This document shows positions 1 to 12,708 of a stretch of 64,000 nucleotides of DNA, one piece after another. The DNA lies in assembly GCA_038496445.1 (NCBI GenBank), contig JALMLS010000232.1, positions 208,663-272,662 of the forward strand. Direction: 5' to 3'. The number at the start of each line of letters is the position of its first letter. Positions within the stretch are counted from its first letter, which is position 1. The DNA comes from Trichosphaerium sp. ATCC 40318 (Eukaryota > Protista > Tubulinea). The translations under genes were made by a program, and so were the position numbers. The notes under the pieces were generated by a model. That model did no database searches, was not told the origin of the DNA, and saw only the letters and a list, made by a program, of their open reading frames with translations.

Positions 1-1747
1 AATCTTTTGACAAGCAATTCCTTGGCTTTTTAGTGAAAACCTGTCATACCCAGAATTGCTAACACAATTAGTTAGAGAATCTATAGATATTTAAATATGT
101 ACGGATCTGTAGTCTCGGGTCCCATTAAGCCATCATCCTCATTAGGTACTCCAATAGCTATCCCAATGCCCCAACCTATAGCTCGTCGTGTGTTTATTGC
201 TGGATGACTTGACATTGTAAAGGCAGGCTATAGTGGAAAATCTTGGTTAATAAGAAATAAGTGAGAATACAAATGATTTGGCCACGTGTACCTTTGAACA
301 CAATTGTCCGGCACTTGATATTGTAGAGAATGTCCCACAGTTATGAAATAATAAGCCTAGTACTGTAGTTCCACAACATTGAGGTATTTCATTGTACCAC
401 GACACTTTAAACTGATCAGTGGGGTCTTCGCAACCATTTACGCCACGTTCTTTGTTCCATGTCACTTTACCTTAAACAAAGAGCTCAGAACAACTTCTTA
501 GTTGTGATTGCACCTCCAGTTGTATAGATAACAGCATTTTGAATTGTAAGGTGCAGTTTCTATAAATTATATTAACTACAAAGGCATATCAAAGGTGTTA
601 AGAGTAGTCCAAAAATTGTATGGTGCAACAAGTGCTGAAAGAAATCCACGAAATATTATCGTTTGAATCGTACCACGTCAAGTTCAAACCAAACATTGAG
701 AGCCATGATTGCTATTATCAAATCAACAAAGTAGAAACGTAGTAGAAAGTACCTTCTACAATAAAACCTGCAGCTTTTTCTATAGTTCCATGAGCACGGA
801 AGTACGCAACTGTTATTGCGACACTCTAAGTTCAACTAAGATACAACTGAATAGTATAAAGGCTTGCAAACGTACCAATGTAACCTCATGTATTTCCATT
901 GGACACGTGTCTGGAGGAGGCGAAAGTGGTGCCTTGGCTCCAGTAGCTGGTCCTCTTTTCGAGCTTTCAACAGGTACATTGGATTCTCTACAATGTAGAT
1001 GTAAGTAACAGTAGTTCAATATTGGTGGCAGTCACCTCAACAACAAGTGAGTACCATTTCCTATCATAGACTTGTGATGGGGATGCATGAAAGGAAGGTG
1101 TCTCATTTACAAAGTTAGAAAATGATGCTAATATTAAAAAGATCAAATACCTTTCAAGAGCATCCAAGAACAACCATTGACCTTCTTCAGATTGCCAGAA
1201 ACCAGAGAAAGTACCATCAGAATATTTTGTAAGTCTAAAGTGTCGATGGTTTTTTCCAGTAGCCTTGAACGTATTTGAAGGAGCATCAATGAACGTTACG
1301 TTGTTTTCACCATGGATTGTAATCTAAAAGACAACAATTAAATTGGATCACGTGATTGCCAGGTTGTATAGAAACGTAAAAAATAGGCTTTTGACACTTT
1401 CATAGACAATTTCTCCAAAAAAACCACTATACCTTCGTATTCTTTGAGTATGGAGAATGGTTAACACAGATGAACTCCAATGTCGTATTGTAATCGAAAT
1501 AAATTACAACTTGATGTTTTTCTGGTACAACTTGTTGAGGCTCATCCACGTGCGTCAAAGATACTTTCTTGCACATGAGTACAGTCAATAAAATGCGACA
1601 AGCCGTACTTTTCGCGAGAACTTCAAAGTCGTCCACGTTGTTCCAATACTCTTGATTGTATCCCCAAGAGAACACCGTAAAAATTAACACAACTAAAAAA
1701 GACGTTATAATTTGAAATTAGCGATTACGAATACTCCGTATTGGCAT
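1..1747 (-). CDS. ADAM/reprolysin (M12B)-like secreted protein with degenerate Zn site; runs off the left edge of the window
   Basis: Manual splicing gives a signal-like N-terminus and a prodomain-like region. It then reads EVTLSVAITVAYFRAHG...IMALNVWFELDVKLHLTIQN...AGQLCS...AIGWGIGIAIGVPNEDDGLMGP...RFSLKS, which follows the metzincin layout including the Met-turn. Confidence 0.6.
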
Positions 1748-2064
1748 CGTACACGTTATATAAGTATTCCACATGTTGGTTTTGACGGTTTACAATTTTA
1801 AAGCGAATTATATTCAGTCAACTAGTTTTCGTCATTTATTTTTGAAAATGTGCTCTGCTGAGTACTACAACACAAACAAAGCTCCAGAGCAACAAAATAC
1901 TAGTGGACTAACTGACTGAAACAATAAGCCACGTTCGAGCAAACGTTGCCTCGTTTATATTCTATGCCAGTGCTAGAAATCTCACAGATGATGTTCGCAC
2001 CTCAATTAACAGATGGCAAAGGGTTTCTTTACATATCTCAAATTCTTTATTTTTTCTTTCTTTT

Positions 2065-5000
2065 TTATACAATGCGAAATATGCTTACTACCCTTTGTTG
2101 TAATAATCTGAATATTGGCGCAAATGACGCCATTATAGAGAATAAAATAGAGCATAAAACAACAGCTATAAGAATAGTCCATGGAAATGTAAATGGAACG
2201 GGCAATCCTGTGAAAAGAGCACGCTGTATTGTCATAGTGTATCCAGTGATAAACCTAAAAAAACAGAATAAATAAAGAAATCCACTAACCGCTTGGAATT
2301 GATACATCCTCAAAATATCGCTTATTCACACACAGCGTTCCATATATACTGATGTGGGACTAGTGGTATTTTGTGGAGCAAGGAAAGGTACAAAGTGTAA
2401 AAAAACTAAAGTTCATAAAATGATAGCACATACCCTATGACAATACCAAGAAGTGACGCTGATAGTACAAGGACAAAAGCCTCGTAAATATAAATACGAT
2501 ACATTGGAAACTTCCTTACACCAATAGCACGAAGTATAGCAATTTCTAAATAGAATCTCGTCAAAAAAAAATCAACAAAACGAACAATCAGAAGTTTCTT
2601 CTTTTTTTCCTCTGCAAACCCAACAAAAAAAAATCAAAACTATTACCTTTTGTTTGTTCACGTATGTTTGTAAACATACTAGACATTAGACTGAAAAATG
2701 ATATGAGCATTGCTACTACAGTAGTGAAATTGAAAAAATAAGCCATGGCAATATTTGCCGTTTCAAAAGGCTTCATCTTATCTCTAAGTGGTGAATTAGC
2801 GTGCTTGTCTTTAAACCTAATACAATCTAAATATCACATACCTTATATCCCACACTTTATGATTATAATAAGGACCGATGATATTTAATAATTTAGCCTT
2901 GATACGATCCATGTCACTATCAGATGCTGTATTCTTTATATTAAGAATAAATCGAGACATAGGTAGCTCATCAATAGAATTAACACCTTCAGTATATCTC
3001 AAGAATGTACTTAATGATACAATAGCATCTTGAGTACGCAACCTGTTAAAGAAATTGTGAATAACAGCATAATTAAAACCTCACATACCCTAAGTCAGGG
3101 TACTTTGAGAACTTAACAGCAGGCGCTGAGTCAAGTAACGCAAGAATTTTAGTAGGCCTTAGTTGGCCATAAGTACTCTTACCTCTGTTTTTCTAAAGTA
3201 ACGTAAATAAATGAGAATACATTCGGTTTGAATAGCGCACCAGGTTTTGAAGGACAAGTGTATCATTAGCTGCAGCGCCAACCCTTTTTTTAAAGGCTGT
3301 GCCTAGCATGACACTACCACTTCCTTGCCTTGTGTACAAGGCTTCAGCTAAGTGTCTATCGCTGTAAAAACTATCACTGACTTGCAAGAACCCAGTAGTA
3401 GACTCAAAAAGCTTCGGAGATACACCGCGAACATGGACAGCTAACAATGTTAAAAAAAACAATGCAAGAAACAATTAATCAACAGGATAACACGATACCT
3501 TTTTCATGCCATCTTCCAAAGTTTAACGTCTTGGAGCAACATGCTCCATTTTTCTTGACCCATTCATCCCATGTCGCTGTAACCTAAACACGAAGGGTGA
3601 ATACAAGCTAAATACTTCAAACAAGATAGACAAACACTTAAAAAACTTACCCAAGCATAACCAATTACATCCTTGTCTTCTAATGCCTCGAGTTGTTGTA
3701 TTGGTTCAATAGAGTGATATTTTGGCGTATGTACATACATAGGTCCACCAGCAGCTTGTTCTTGTTGGAACTGAAATGTCATGACTTGTACTTGATATGA
3801 CACAGATATAAAAATAATAAATCCAAGAGCTAAAGCATACATAGTTGCTGTTTTCCTATTACGCTTTCTATGTGCTACTAAATTCTTTGTAACAACGTTT
3901 CTAACTGCTCTAAAGGTATAATCATGAGACATTAATCTGATAAATCTTGTAATGATCAAAATACATACCTGTTATCCCACCAAAAGAAAACAAACATAAC
4001 AATGCGTTCAAACAAGTGTTGGATGTTAAGCGCCAATATGGTAAGTCCGAGAAGTAACCCTACCATTAACCCAATAAAAATATCGAGCAAAAGGCCAAGG
4101 TTTGTCGTTAATAGAGCCAAAGGAAACAAGTAGTAGATCTAGCGTTAAAAGGTTTAGAAAAAAATTCAAACCTCACACGAATTAAAAACATACCGCCATT
4201 CCGAAACTGGCAAGTGATCCACCGAAGGCAACTAATAACCATGGCACAGTCATAGATGCTTCAGATCGTTCTACTTTAACCTCAACGGCCTTTGTCTTTG
4301 ACCGTCTGCTATCCAGAGACTCCTATACCAACATTAAACAGAATCAAAACTAAGGAAACATACCTGTAAGTTATTACCAAGAGCTTTTTTAATAGGTAGT
4401 ATTGCTGACATAATTGGAATTGCAAACCCAAGTACAGTAGCTATAATAATAGCATTCAAACTGAGAGTCCTATTCAAAAATAAACAAACTTCTGGCATAA
4501 CAATAAAAAAAGAGAAGGAACGTACGATGAAAGCTGAACATGCATCGCGTCAGATATTAATTTTAAGATGAGCATACTCATCCCTTGAGCTAAACCAATA
4601 CCGAATATCCACGAAGGTAAGGCATAAGCCAATGCTTCTACAAGAAGAAGCGCTATGACTGTCACACGACGTGTACCAACCATTCTAAGTACACCAAGCT
4701 CAAATGTTCTTGTTTCAACATTTATCATGAGAAGGGAATAGATTAATAGCACAGACAATGCAAGTAAAATAAAAATGATCAAATTAAGCACAAGACCAAG
4801 AAACAAAGAGAAAAACCGTGTAGTGAACAATCCCTTCAATACAGGAAGTTCAGTTTTTACCTTTTTTAGAAGTTAGCTAAAAAAATTTCAATGAAAAATA
4901 AAAGCCTTTTAAATTACGTACTTGTTCGAAACCAACCTTGAATAAAAGTTCGTTTGAGAACTCAATAACGTTGTTTTGAATAGTATTATAGTCTGAGCTC

Positions 5001-6277
5001 ATATAAGCGCTAAGTCTATCAGCCATGTTCACATAAACTTCAGCAGCGTATTGAGATAATTTCAGGGCACTCAGAGCTTCTTTAGCAGGATCTGGTAATA
5101 ATGGATGCATATGAGGTCTCAGTAAAGGTAACAAGTCGTCAATCTCCATGAATGCAGCTGTTACAAAAGTCAAACACTCGGACTTTTTTGTAGAATAATT
5201 TTCCCGTTTTTAGACGAGTGACCAACGTACCATTCGTTTCACTTGATGGTAATTTACCACGTGCGTTGAAAATATCGCCAACACGAAGTGGTAGGTAAAC
5301 ATCACTACCAATGAAGAAAATATCGGTTAGGCTTGGTTTATAATTATCTCTTCTTGTGGCTGTCTTGTAGTACGTGTTTCTTGGCAGTACTGATAGAAGA
5401 GATATCTGTACTATAACCATATCTCCTACTTCAGCGCCTAGACTAGCAGCTAGAGAATCTTGAAGATAAACTACAACAATCAACATTGCTAAGCTATCTC
5501 TTTTTTTAACAATAAAATAAAGAACCCACCTTCTCCTTTTGGGACAGCTTTGTGCTTATAATCAGCACCTAGTTTCATTTTCTTCTCTCTGTTGCTATTC
5601 AATAGAAACAACTGACCTTGGTGAGGGAATGTATTGAAGTAGTCCCCAAAACAACCACCACGTGTCATCGAACAACTTGCTTTTTTCAACCCAAAATATT
5701 TCCAAGTAGTGTCGTTAATACTCAACCCCGAAGCATCTATTTAAGAAAAATAAGGCATAGAAAGAGATCTAAGCGGTCTCGAGGTATTTATACTACACTC
5801 TAAGATGTGTGAACACTTACTACAATCTTTCCATCTAAAAATTGGCACAGATACGTCAAATCTGGGTGAGGAAAGGGTATATGCTTTTTCTGACTCCAAC
5901 GTGCGTTCTACCTAAGCGATAGTTGGCGTTGCTTGCGTTTTTGCTTTGTGTTAGGAATTGTCCGGCGTTAAACGCCAAGCGTAGTTGCACGTACCAGCGT
6001 GTAATTTAACCGCCCTCCGCTTATTGGCTTCAGCAAAACGTCACCTTCTCTACAACGCGCAATTCGTGTCAGTGCATTTAATACGCGAACGGAATACGTA
6101 CGAAGCTTGCAGTTCTGCTAAACGCAAAAAAATAAGAGGCGCTTTGCCCAAAACTGTTATAAGTAGTGCTACTACAAATACAACTAGCAGGCATGCTGAA
6201 AAACCAATACAGTAGTTGAGCTTTCGCTTGCGAATTTGTGAAAGCGTCTGTTTGAGTAAAAATACAATGAGGTTCAT
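2065..6277 (-). CDS. FtsX/MacB-like (ABC-3) double-length permease, multi-exon
   Basis: Two FtsX-type motifs: LLMINVETRTFELGVLRMVG and SSMFTNIREQTKEIAILRAIG. Also N-terminal and mid TM blocks (RKRNRKTATMYALALGFIIF). Confidence 0.85.
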
Positions 6278-6387
6278 TGTGTTTCCATGGGCCTGTCGTT
6301 ATAGATTGGTAAATGAAAATAAACGCCGTTGAAGATCAAAAAGTCTTTGACTTTCTCTTATTGATATCCTCTGTTGCCTGATTACTG

Positions 6388-9300
6388 ATGGAGCGCTCTG
6401 CGGATACCAATGCTGCTAATATGCCTTCTGGCAATAGCGTCACAATGTTAAATCCCACAGCACCAATTGACTGTGATCAATTTTACATAGACAAACACGC
6501 AGAGTTCTATGACCCGCTCGAAGAAGATTTACGTGCGTAGAAGTGTTTTATTATGCGATAGTTTAACAATATCACATGTAGGCGCTCCAATACTTAACCA
6601 AGGCGATCCCCGAGCGAGTGAAGGTACGCTACACTATTTCAGAGTAATTATCAATTTTTTGACGCACCAATGTCTTCAACAAGCTCATAAACAACACTAG
6701 TGATGTGGTTGCGAGCGGAAAGAGACGAATGTTTAGACAAGCTTGTTGAAGGAGCCGAAAACGCTTTAAGCATGTACGCAATACGTAACCCTGTGCGTTT
6801 AATGTAGACAGGCGACTGACATGTAACTTTACAATATCGAGAACTGCCATTCCACTTTTCTATCAATATAAACCCCTTAAGTAACATATTATAGAGCTCT
6901 TAGCGCTTACAGCTTACCTACAAAAGAGGAAAGAATTGAGATGGCTGAAAAAGCGATAAAAATCTGCGAAGCTTGTCCTGACGCGTATAACATCCTAGCT
7001 GAAAATAAATCACGTACTTATGAGGTAAGTATATTTGTTTAAACTGACAATGAGGTTTCAAGCGTGTGCAGCCGCCATTTTCATGTTTTTTATTTGAATT
7101 TAATTTGTCTGTTAGGAAGCCTTGACGTTCTACAAGAATGGCGTATCACAAGGGAGAAAAATGTATAGTGATAGCTCTTATATTAAAAGAGTGTGTGCTA
7201 GTGGTGAAGTATGGCAAATAACACCGTTTAGAGGATGGTTTAGGGTGCGTAATTTTAGGGGTATTTTTTCTTGTATGTAATGTTTTTTTCCTCTTCTGTA
7301 GTGTCTCCATGGCGTTGCAAATACTATGCGTAAGATGAAAAGATACGAGGACGCTCTAAAGCAGTACCAGTATCTATGTTTACTAGACAAGAAAGTGTAA
7401 GAACGAACGAAGAAGTTGAAAATAGAAATTTCTATTATTTTTTTAGTTTTTCTAACAGTTCTAATAATTAACGCCTTAGAGTAACGTTCTCGACATACTG
7501 CAACTTCAGATATAATATGGTAGATATTTTTCTGGCATTAGGCCAGATTAAAGCTCTAAGTACCTTCTTGCGTGTTCACAAAGACTTCTTTGTGTAAGTG
7601 CTCTCAACTGTCATCAAATATCCCTTTTTGCACCTTTCTTAAGCCTGATACCTTTTAGTCTTCAATCTACATCTACACTGGGTGCATACACGCGTGCATT
7701 GCTTCATTATAAAAAACATGGAGCAACAACAAATTATCCGATGGTGTTGGGTCTCTGCTTTGATTGTAATGCATTTATTGTACCTTTCTTAGTTGGAAGG
7801 AAACCTGTACCTAGCAATCCTCTCCCTATACAGATTGGTGGCACTGGAAGGCACGTACAACGCCTAACTCATGTTTTTCTTCAATTTTTTTCAATGTTTG
7901 TTGCTGATTCTTTTCTCTCTTTAACAGTATTTCCAATGGTTTGTGCTACATTAGAACACATTTAAAGCACTGGCAAAATGCTAAAGGAGCACAAGAATGG
8001 CTAAAGAATGCATTCACAGCGTGCTATCTCACAACAAATGGTTAGTTTGTTCAAAGATTTGATGATTTCAGGGTTACTTACTTGTTTGTTTTTTAGCTCA
8101 TGATGCTGCACGTTTGGGAAAAGTCAAGGACCTAAAAAACTATATTTTATACGCGAAGCAATGTGGCATACCGTTGGAGAGATTACACGATTCAGCTACT
8201 GGCAACCTACTCACCGCAGCAGCTTTTCAAGGTACTTTTTTGAAATGTTTTTTTTTTATTTCTCGTTTACATGGCTGTTGTGCGTTAACAATTTTTAAAC
8301 TCTAGGTCACAAAGAATGTGTAGAATATTTAATTAACCTGGGTATGACATGCCAAGGTCATGATGCATCAGCAAATGATGGAATATCCGCTGTATGTTTT
8401 TTCGATTGCATGGGTATTTTGTATCTTACTTAAATTCCTAGTTACACATGGCTGCATATAATGGTCACTTGGATATACTAGTACTTTTAGTAGATAGAGC
8501 AGGAGGTAGTCTTGATATTAAAGATAATACAGCACGGTAAGAACCAGCTTAAATCAGAGAGTTCTGTTTTGAATGAACCTAGTTTTAATACTCAAATCAA
8601 TTTGAATTTTCGAACATTTGCTTATCTTTTTTAACAAACGTTATAGATTACCCATACACTTGGCTGCTAATCAAGGAGAACACATGATTGTAAAATGGAT
8701 ATTAGATAGGTACCAAAACCACAAGAACTTTTTTGTTATATGCCCTGTCTGACGCTAGCTCCAACTAGGCAGCCTCAAATGCTTGATATTAAAGATGCCA
8801 AAGATGCTACACCTCTTTGGGCAGCTACAGAATCTAGTGTTCACCTTGCTTTAAAGGTATATACGATGAAAGGAAACATAGAAGCCAACCATTAATTTTT
8901 TGCTTTTAGGGTCTTAAAAAATCAGAACGAGAGTTATCAAATCATCCAATACCTCATAGTGATAGCTGTTCTATCGTTGAGGTAAATGAACCTAATTTAG
9001 TTTTTTTGTGTTCGCGTTCGTTAACATTTCTTCTTTTAGACAATAAAGCTGTTGATTGAACGTGGTGCTGATACAACATCTTCAAAGGGTGATGGCACAA
9101 ATATATTACATATGGCTATGGCTTCTTCTTGCCATGAGGTTGTACCTTTTCTACTTCAACAGTACGTTTACATTATTACCCTTTCTTGGAACAAGTCTCG
9201 CCTTTAAAAAAGTTTTTTTCGGATCCCCAGTTCCTCGTGTCGCCCATTAATATTTATTGTACAGACCAAAGATAGTACCATTAATCAATAAACAAACAGA

Positions 9301-10625
9301 CAATGGTTATTCTCCTTTAATGACATTATATCTACAAGAGTTCAAATACGTACCTCGAAAAGTTATGACGAACTTAACAAGGCTATTTTTAAAATATGGT
9401 GCAGATCCCTTGAATGGCGGAGAAAGTACGTTGTTGCAATTATTTCCAACACCTTTTTCACGTGTTTTGCGAGGCAAAAAAAAAATATCAGGTGACTTAT
9501 CACAGCTCTAACATCACGCCTAGAAGGTAAAAAAGTGAAGGATCTTTCTCCAATGGCAATTGCTCAAAAGAGGAAACTAAAAAATTGTATCACACTACTA
9601 AAGGAAGGTGGTGAAGTACATTCCCAAAAAGTACATTCATGAACAAACAGTATGCTTGATTTTTGCTTACCTTTTGTAATGTAGGATTTTCAAACAGCAA
9701 AAGAGATGCGGATAAAAGGAAACACACATTATAGTCAGGCACAGTATGGACAAGCTATTGGTTACTATAAAAAAGTACGAGTCTATAAAATAAGAGCGCA
9801 CGAGTTGCTTTGAGAATTGTATTCACTTTTTTTTTGTGTTCACATTTCACGACTTGTCGTTCACTTCTACTTTGTCATGTCTCTTATTTTTTTTGTATAG
9901 GCTATAGAGCTGTTGAATATATTTATACAGAGTCGTGGACATAATACTGATAAGAAGAGAGAAGCACATACGTTGATGTTACCTTGTTTCACAAACAAAG
10001 CATTGTCACATTTGAAAATGAGAAATTGGACAAGCGCAATAGCAGATTGTACTAAGGTAAGCTAATCTTAAGCTTTATGTATAACTAACCTCAGTATAAA
10101 ATGTATATAACTAACTATGTAGGCTATTGAAATAGACAAAGGAAATGTCAAAGCACTTTATAGACGAAGTGAAGGATATTATCAAATACGAGGTATTTGA
10201 TTACTTATTTCGTATCTTCTTTCAAACAAAACATGTGTTGGTGTTTAGCTGTATACTCATATCGTTAACATGATCTGTTAGATTATAGGAGAGCATTATT
10301 AGATATAGAGAGCGCAATGGTACGTACATACAAGCTTTTTGAAACCACCAAAAAGTGCATCAAAAGAGTTTTTTTTTTTGTTCGCTTTCAGTCACTTGTG
10401 AGTTGCAAGGAAAGAATCATGTGAAATTTTTTTGTATTTACATTGAGGTCATTAATCTTATTGTTAGGACTTTGTACCTGAGAATATAGCCCTAAGCGAT
10501 CAAGAAAAAAAGTACTGAAAACGTTTTAAAAGTCTAAACTGTTTTAACATTCGGTTTCTTTTAGGATACAAAATGCACAAATTGAATATCAAAAGAGGTT
10601 TGGACATATATCAGATATTGATTGA
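6388..10625 (+). CDS. TPR (ST7-like) / ankyrin-repeat / C-terminal TPR protein
   Basis: Spliced exons give CPDAYNILAE...PFRGWFRCLHGVANT...NAFIVPFLVG...W.NAKGAQEWL. Ankyrin repeats include LHMAAYNGHLDILVLLV and PIHLAANQG. A carboxylate-clamp-type TPR follows (KGNTHY..., NKALSHLK, KALYRR). The 3' end is approximate. Confidence 0.75.
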
Positions 10626-11100
10626 ACATAAGGGGTACCCAATAATTAAAATTTTTGAGTTGCCAACTAGAGACACAACTAAAAAATCTCAAAAAACAAG
10701 TCTTGTGGGTTTTTTACATTCTACCAACTTTTGTTTCAAATATGTTCTTATATGTACGCTTATACCATTTTACAGGATATTTTACATACCTACTATGACA
10801 ATAAACATAACACCATCTTTGATAAAGTCGTTTTAATTCTACTTCCATGTTTTTCTTTATGGTTTGTTTTATTTTACTTTATTGACTAATTTACATCTCA
10901 ACTGGTTGATTATCTTATGACAACAGTATGATAAATAACAAGCACAACTTTGCTCGGTATTACGACGGCCAATTTGACTGGCAAAGACAACAGTCGAGCT
11001 AATCATCCTCTGGCTTATTTTTTTTTTTGAAATACGAGTTTACCTTTTTAAGGCCAACAGCCACAACCTTGAGCATCTTTTTGTTTGATTTTCAGTTTAA

Positions 11101-11511
11101 CTACTTTGCTACTTCAAGTAGGAGAAGTAATACAGTAACTCCAACATGAAGAGCAATCTTTGCTGCATCCTCCACGTTCGCTTTTCTTACTTTCTCTTTT
11201 GCTTTTTTTCTTTTTAGTTCATAGTCTCTCTGTTTTTTAACATTGTGATTATACTTTGCTTGTCCGTATATCTTTGTCAAAAGGAACTTCTCTCTGTACC
11301 AAGTACACCATACATCTTTGTCGGTAACCAAATATGACCATGATTTACAAACAAGACGGGAAGTAAGACCTGTTTCAGCTTGCATTTTCGAGAATATAAG
11401 CAACATAAGTTCAGGAGGTAAATCAGCCACAGGCGACTTCATTGTCGCTGAGAATGATGTCCCCATATCATAAAACTGGTCTATAATAGATAATTTTGGT
11501 TTCGTTGCCAT
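11101..11511 (-). CDS. Small single-exon F-box protein with hydrophobic C-terminus
   Basis: LPPELMLLIFSKM...SRLVCKSWSYLVTDKDVW F-box motif; the first true ATG is at 11511. Confidence 0.75.
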   Translation of the reverse strand: MATKPKLSIIDQFYDMGTSFSATMKSPVADLPPELMLLIFSKMQAETGLTSRLVCKSWSYLVTDKDVWCTWYREKFLLTKIYGQAKYNHNVKKQRDYELKRKKAKEKVRKANVEDAAKIALHVGVTVLLLLLEVAK

Positions 11512-11839
11512 TTGTTTTAGTTCCGAGGCTGTTTGAGTAAGTTTGACTTTTCTGACATTTTTGGGAAGCAATTAACAGAAATCCCATTTTTTTACTTTGT
11601 AGTCTTCGTAAACATTTGCTGGGCCCCTAGCACGTCCTGATTACTTACTAGCAATATGAAAAGGACCCTGGTTTTATACACATATCATCTACGCATAGCT
11701 AAAGGTTAAAAGAGTGGCACCAAACTGAAAACAAAGTTCATTCAATGAAAAAACAAAAAGTGAAACGCGAAAATCGTTTTGACTTATTTTTAGGGTTTAT
11801 TTACACCGCACGGTATTGTTTGTGCTTTAAAAAATAGTT

Positions 11840-12418
11840 TTACGCATAGTGCGTGCCATTTATGCATGGAATAGCATCAGATATTGGTTTTGTAAAGAAA
11901 TTGCAATAAATGTACGTCGTGCTTCCTTCATCATCAAAAGCGTTTAGAGTCTCAGCAATGACTAGTCCCATAAAGCTAGTATACATTACACCACTTGAGC
12001 CGTCAAGGAACTCTTTTAGGACGTATGAAATAAAATGTCTGTCCCTGCTCTCTCTGTCCGGTATTTTCGATTTTTGATAACGTAGAACGAACCCATAGAT
12101 AGAAGCAAATACAGCCATGAGTGTTGTCTCCAAATACTCGAAAACAGCCATTCGCGTAAACATGTAACCGAGGATGCTTGCTGCTACTATTGTATTGAGC
12201 GCAACATGAAAGTGAGGGTTAATACACAGAATGCTGGCAAGTAGAAGATCTATAAAGATGACTATGGAGTGAATCAAATACGTCGTGCTTATACACCCAA
12301 ATGTAAGTCTCACTACCAAGTGGAGTACGTTTAAAGAGCATAATCCAAGAAATACGCTTTTTGTTTGGAAATCAGGGCAACGCTTTGCATACCACGTCTT
12401 TACAGTGTCTTTTACCAT
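11840..12418 (-). CDS. Hypothetical multi-pass membrane protein (intronless, 192 aa)
   Basis: ATG-initiated ORF with about 4-5 hydrophobic segments and no recognisable family motif. Confidence 0.55.
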   Translation of the reverse strand: MVKDTVKTWYAKRCPDFQTKSVFLGLCSLNVLHLVVRLTFGCISTTYLIHSIVIFIDLLLASILCINPHFHVALNTIVAASILGYMFTRMAVFEYLETTLMAVFASIYGFVLRYQKSKIPDRESRDRHFISYVLKEFLDGSSGVMYTSFMGLVIAETLNAFDDEGSTTYIYCNFFTKPISDAIPCINGTHYA

Positions 12419-12708
12419 TTTATGTTATTCTCGTGCATTTGTCGGCTTTATGTAACGACTTATTCTGAAATTCACAAAAAAGCATGAAAAAAAATACCAA
12501 AAATAAAATTGTTTTAAAATGAGATTCTCCGTGTACGACCCATAGTAGGGAGAAAAAACAGTTTGTTTACCTCTACAAAAGCGTACATAATACAAACATA
12601 GCTATACACAACACAACCCGCATTCTGGATATCTTTGTGGTTTTATTTTTCAACTTTTTTTTTTTCTTTCTTTTATGAATTACTAACACTTTTTCTTTTA
12701 GCTTGTTT

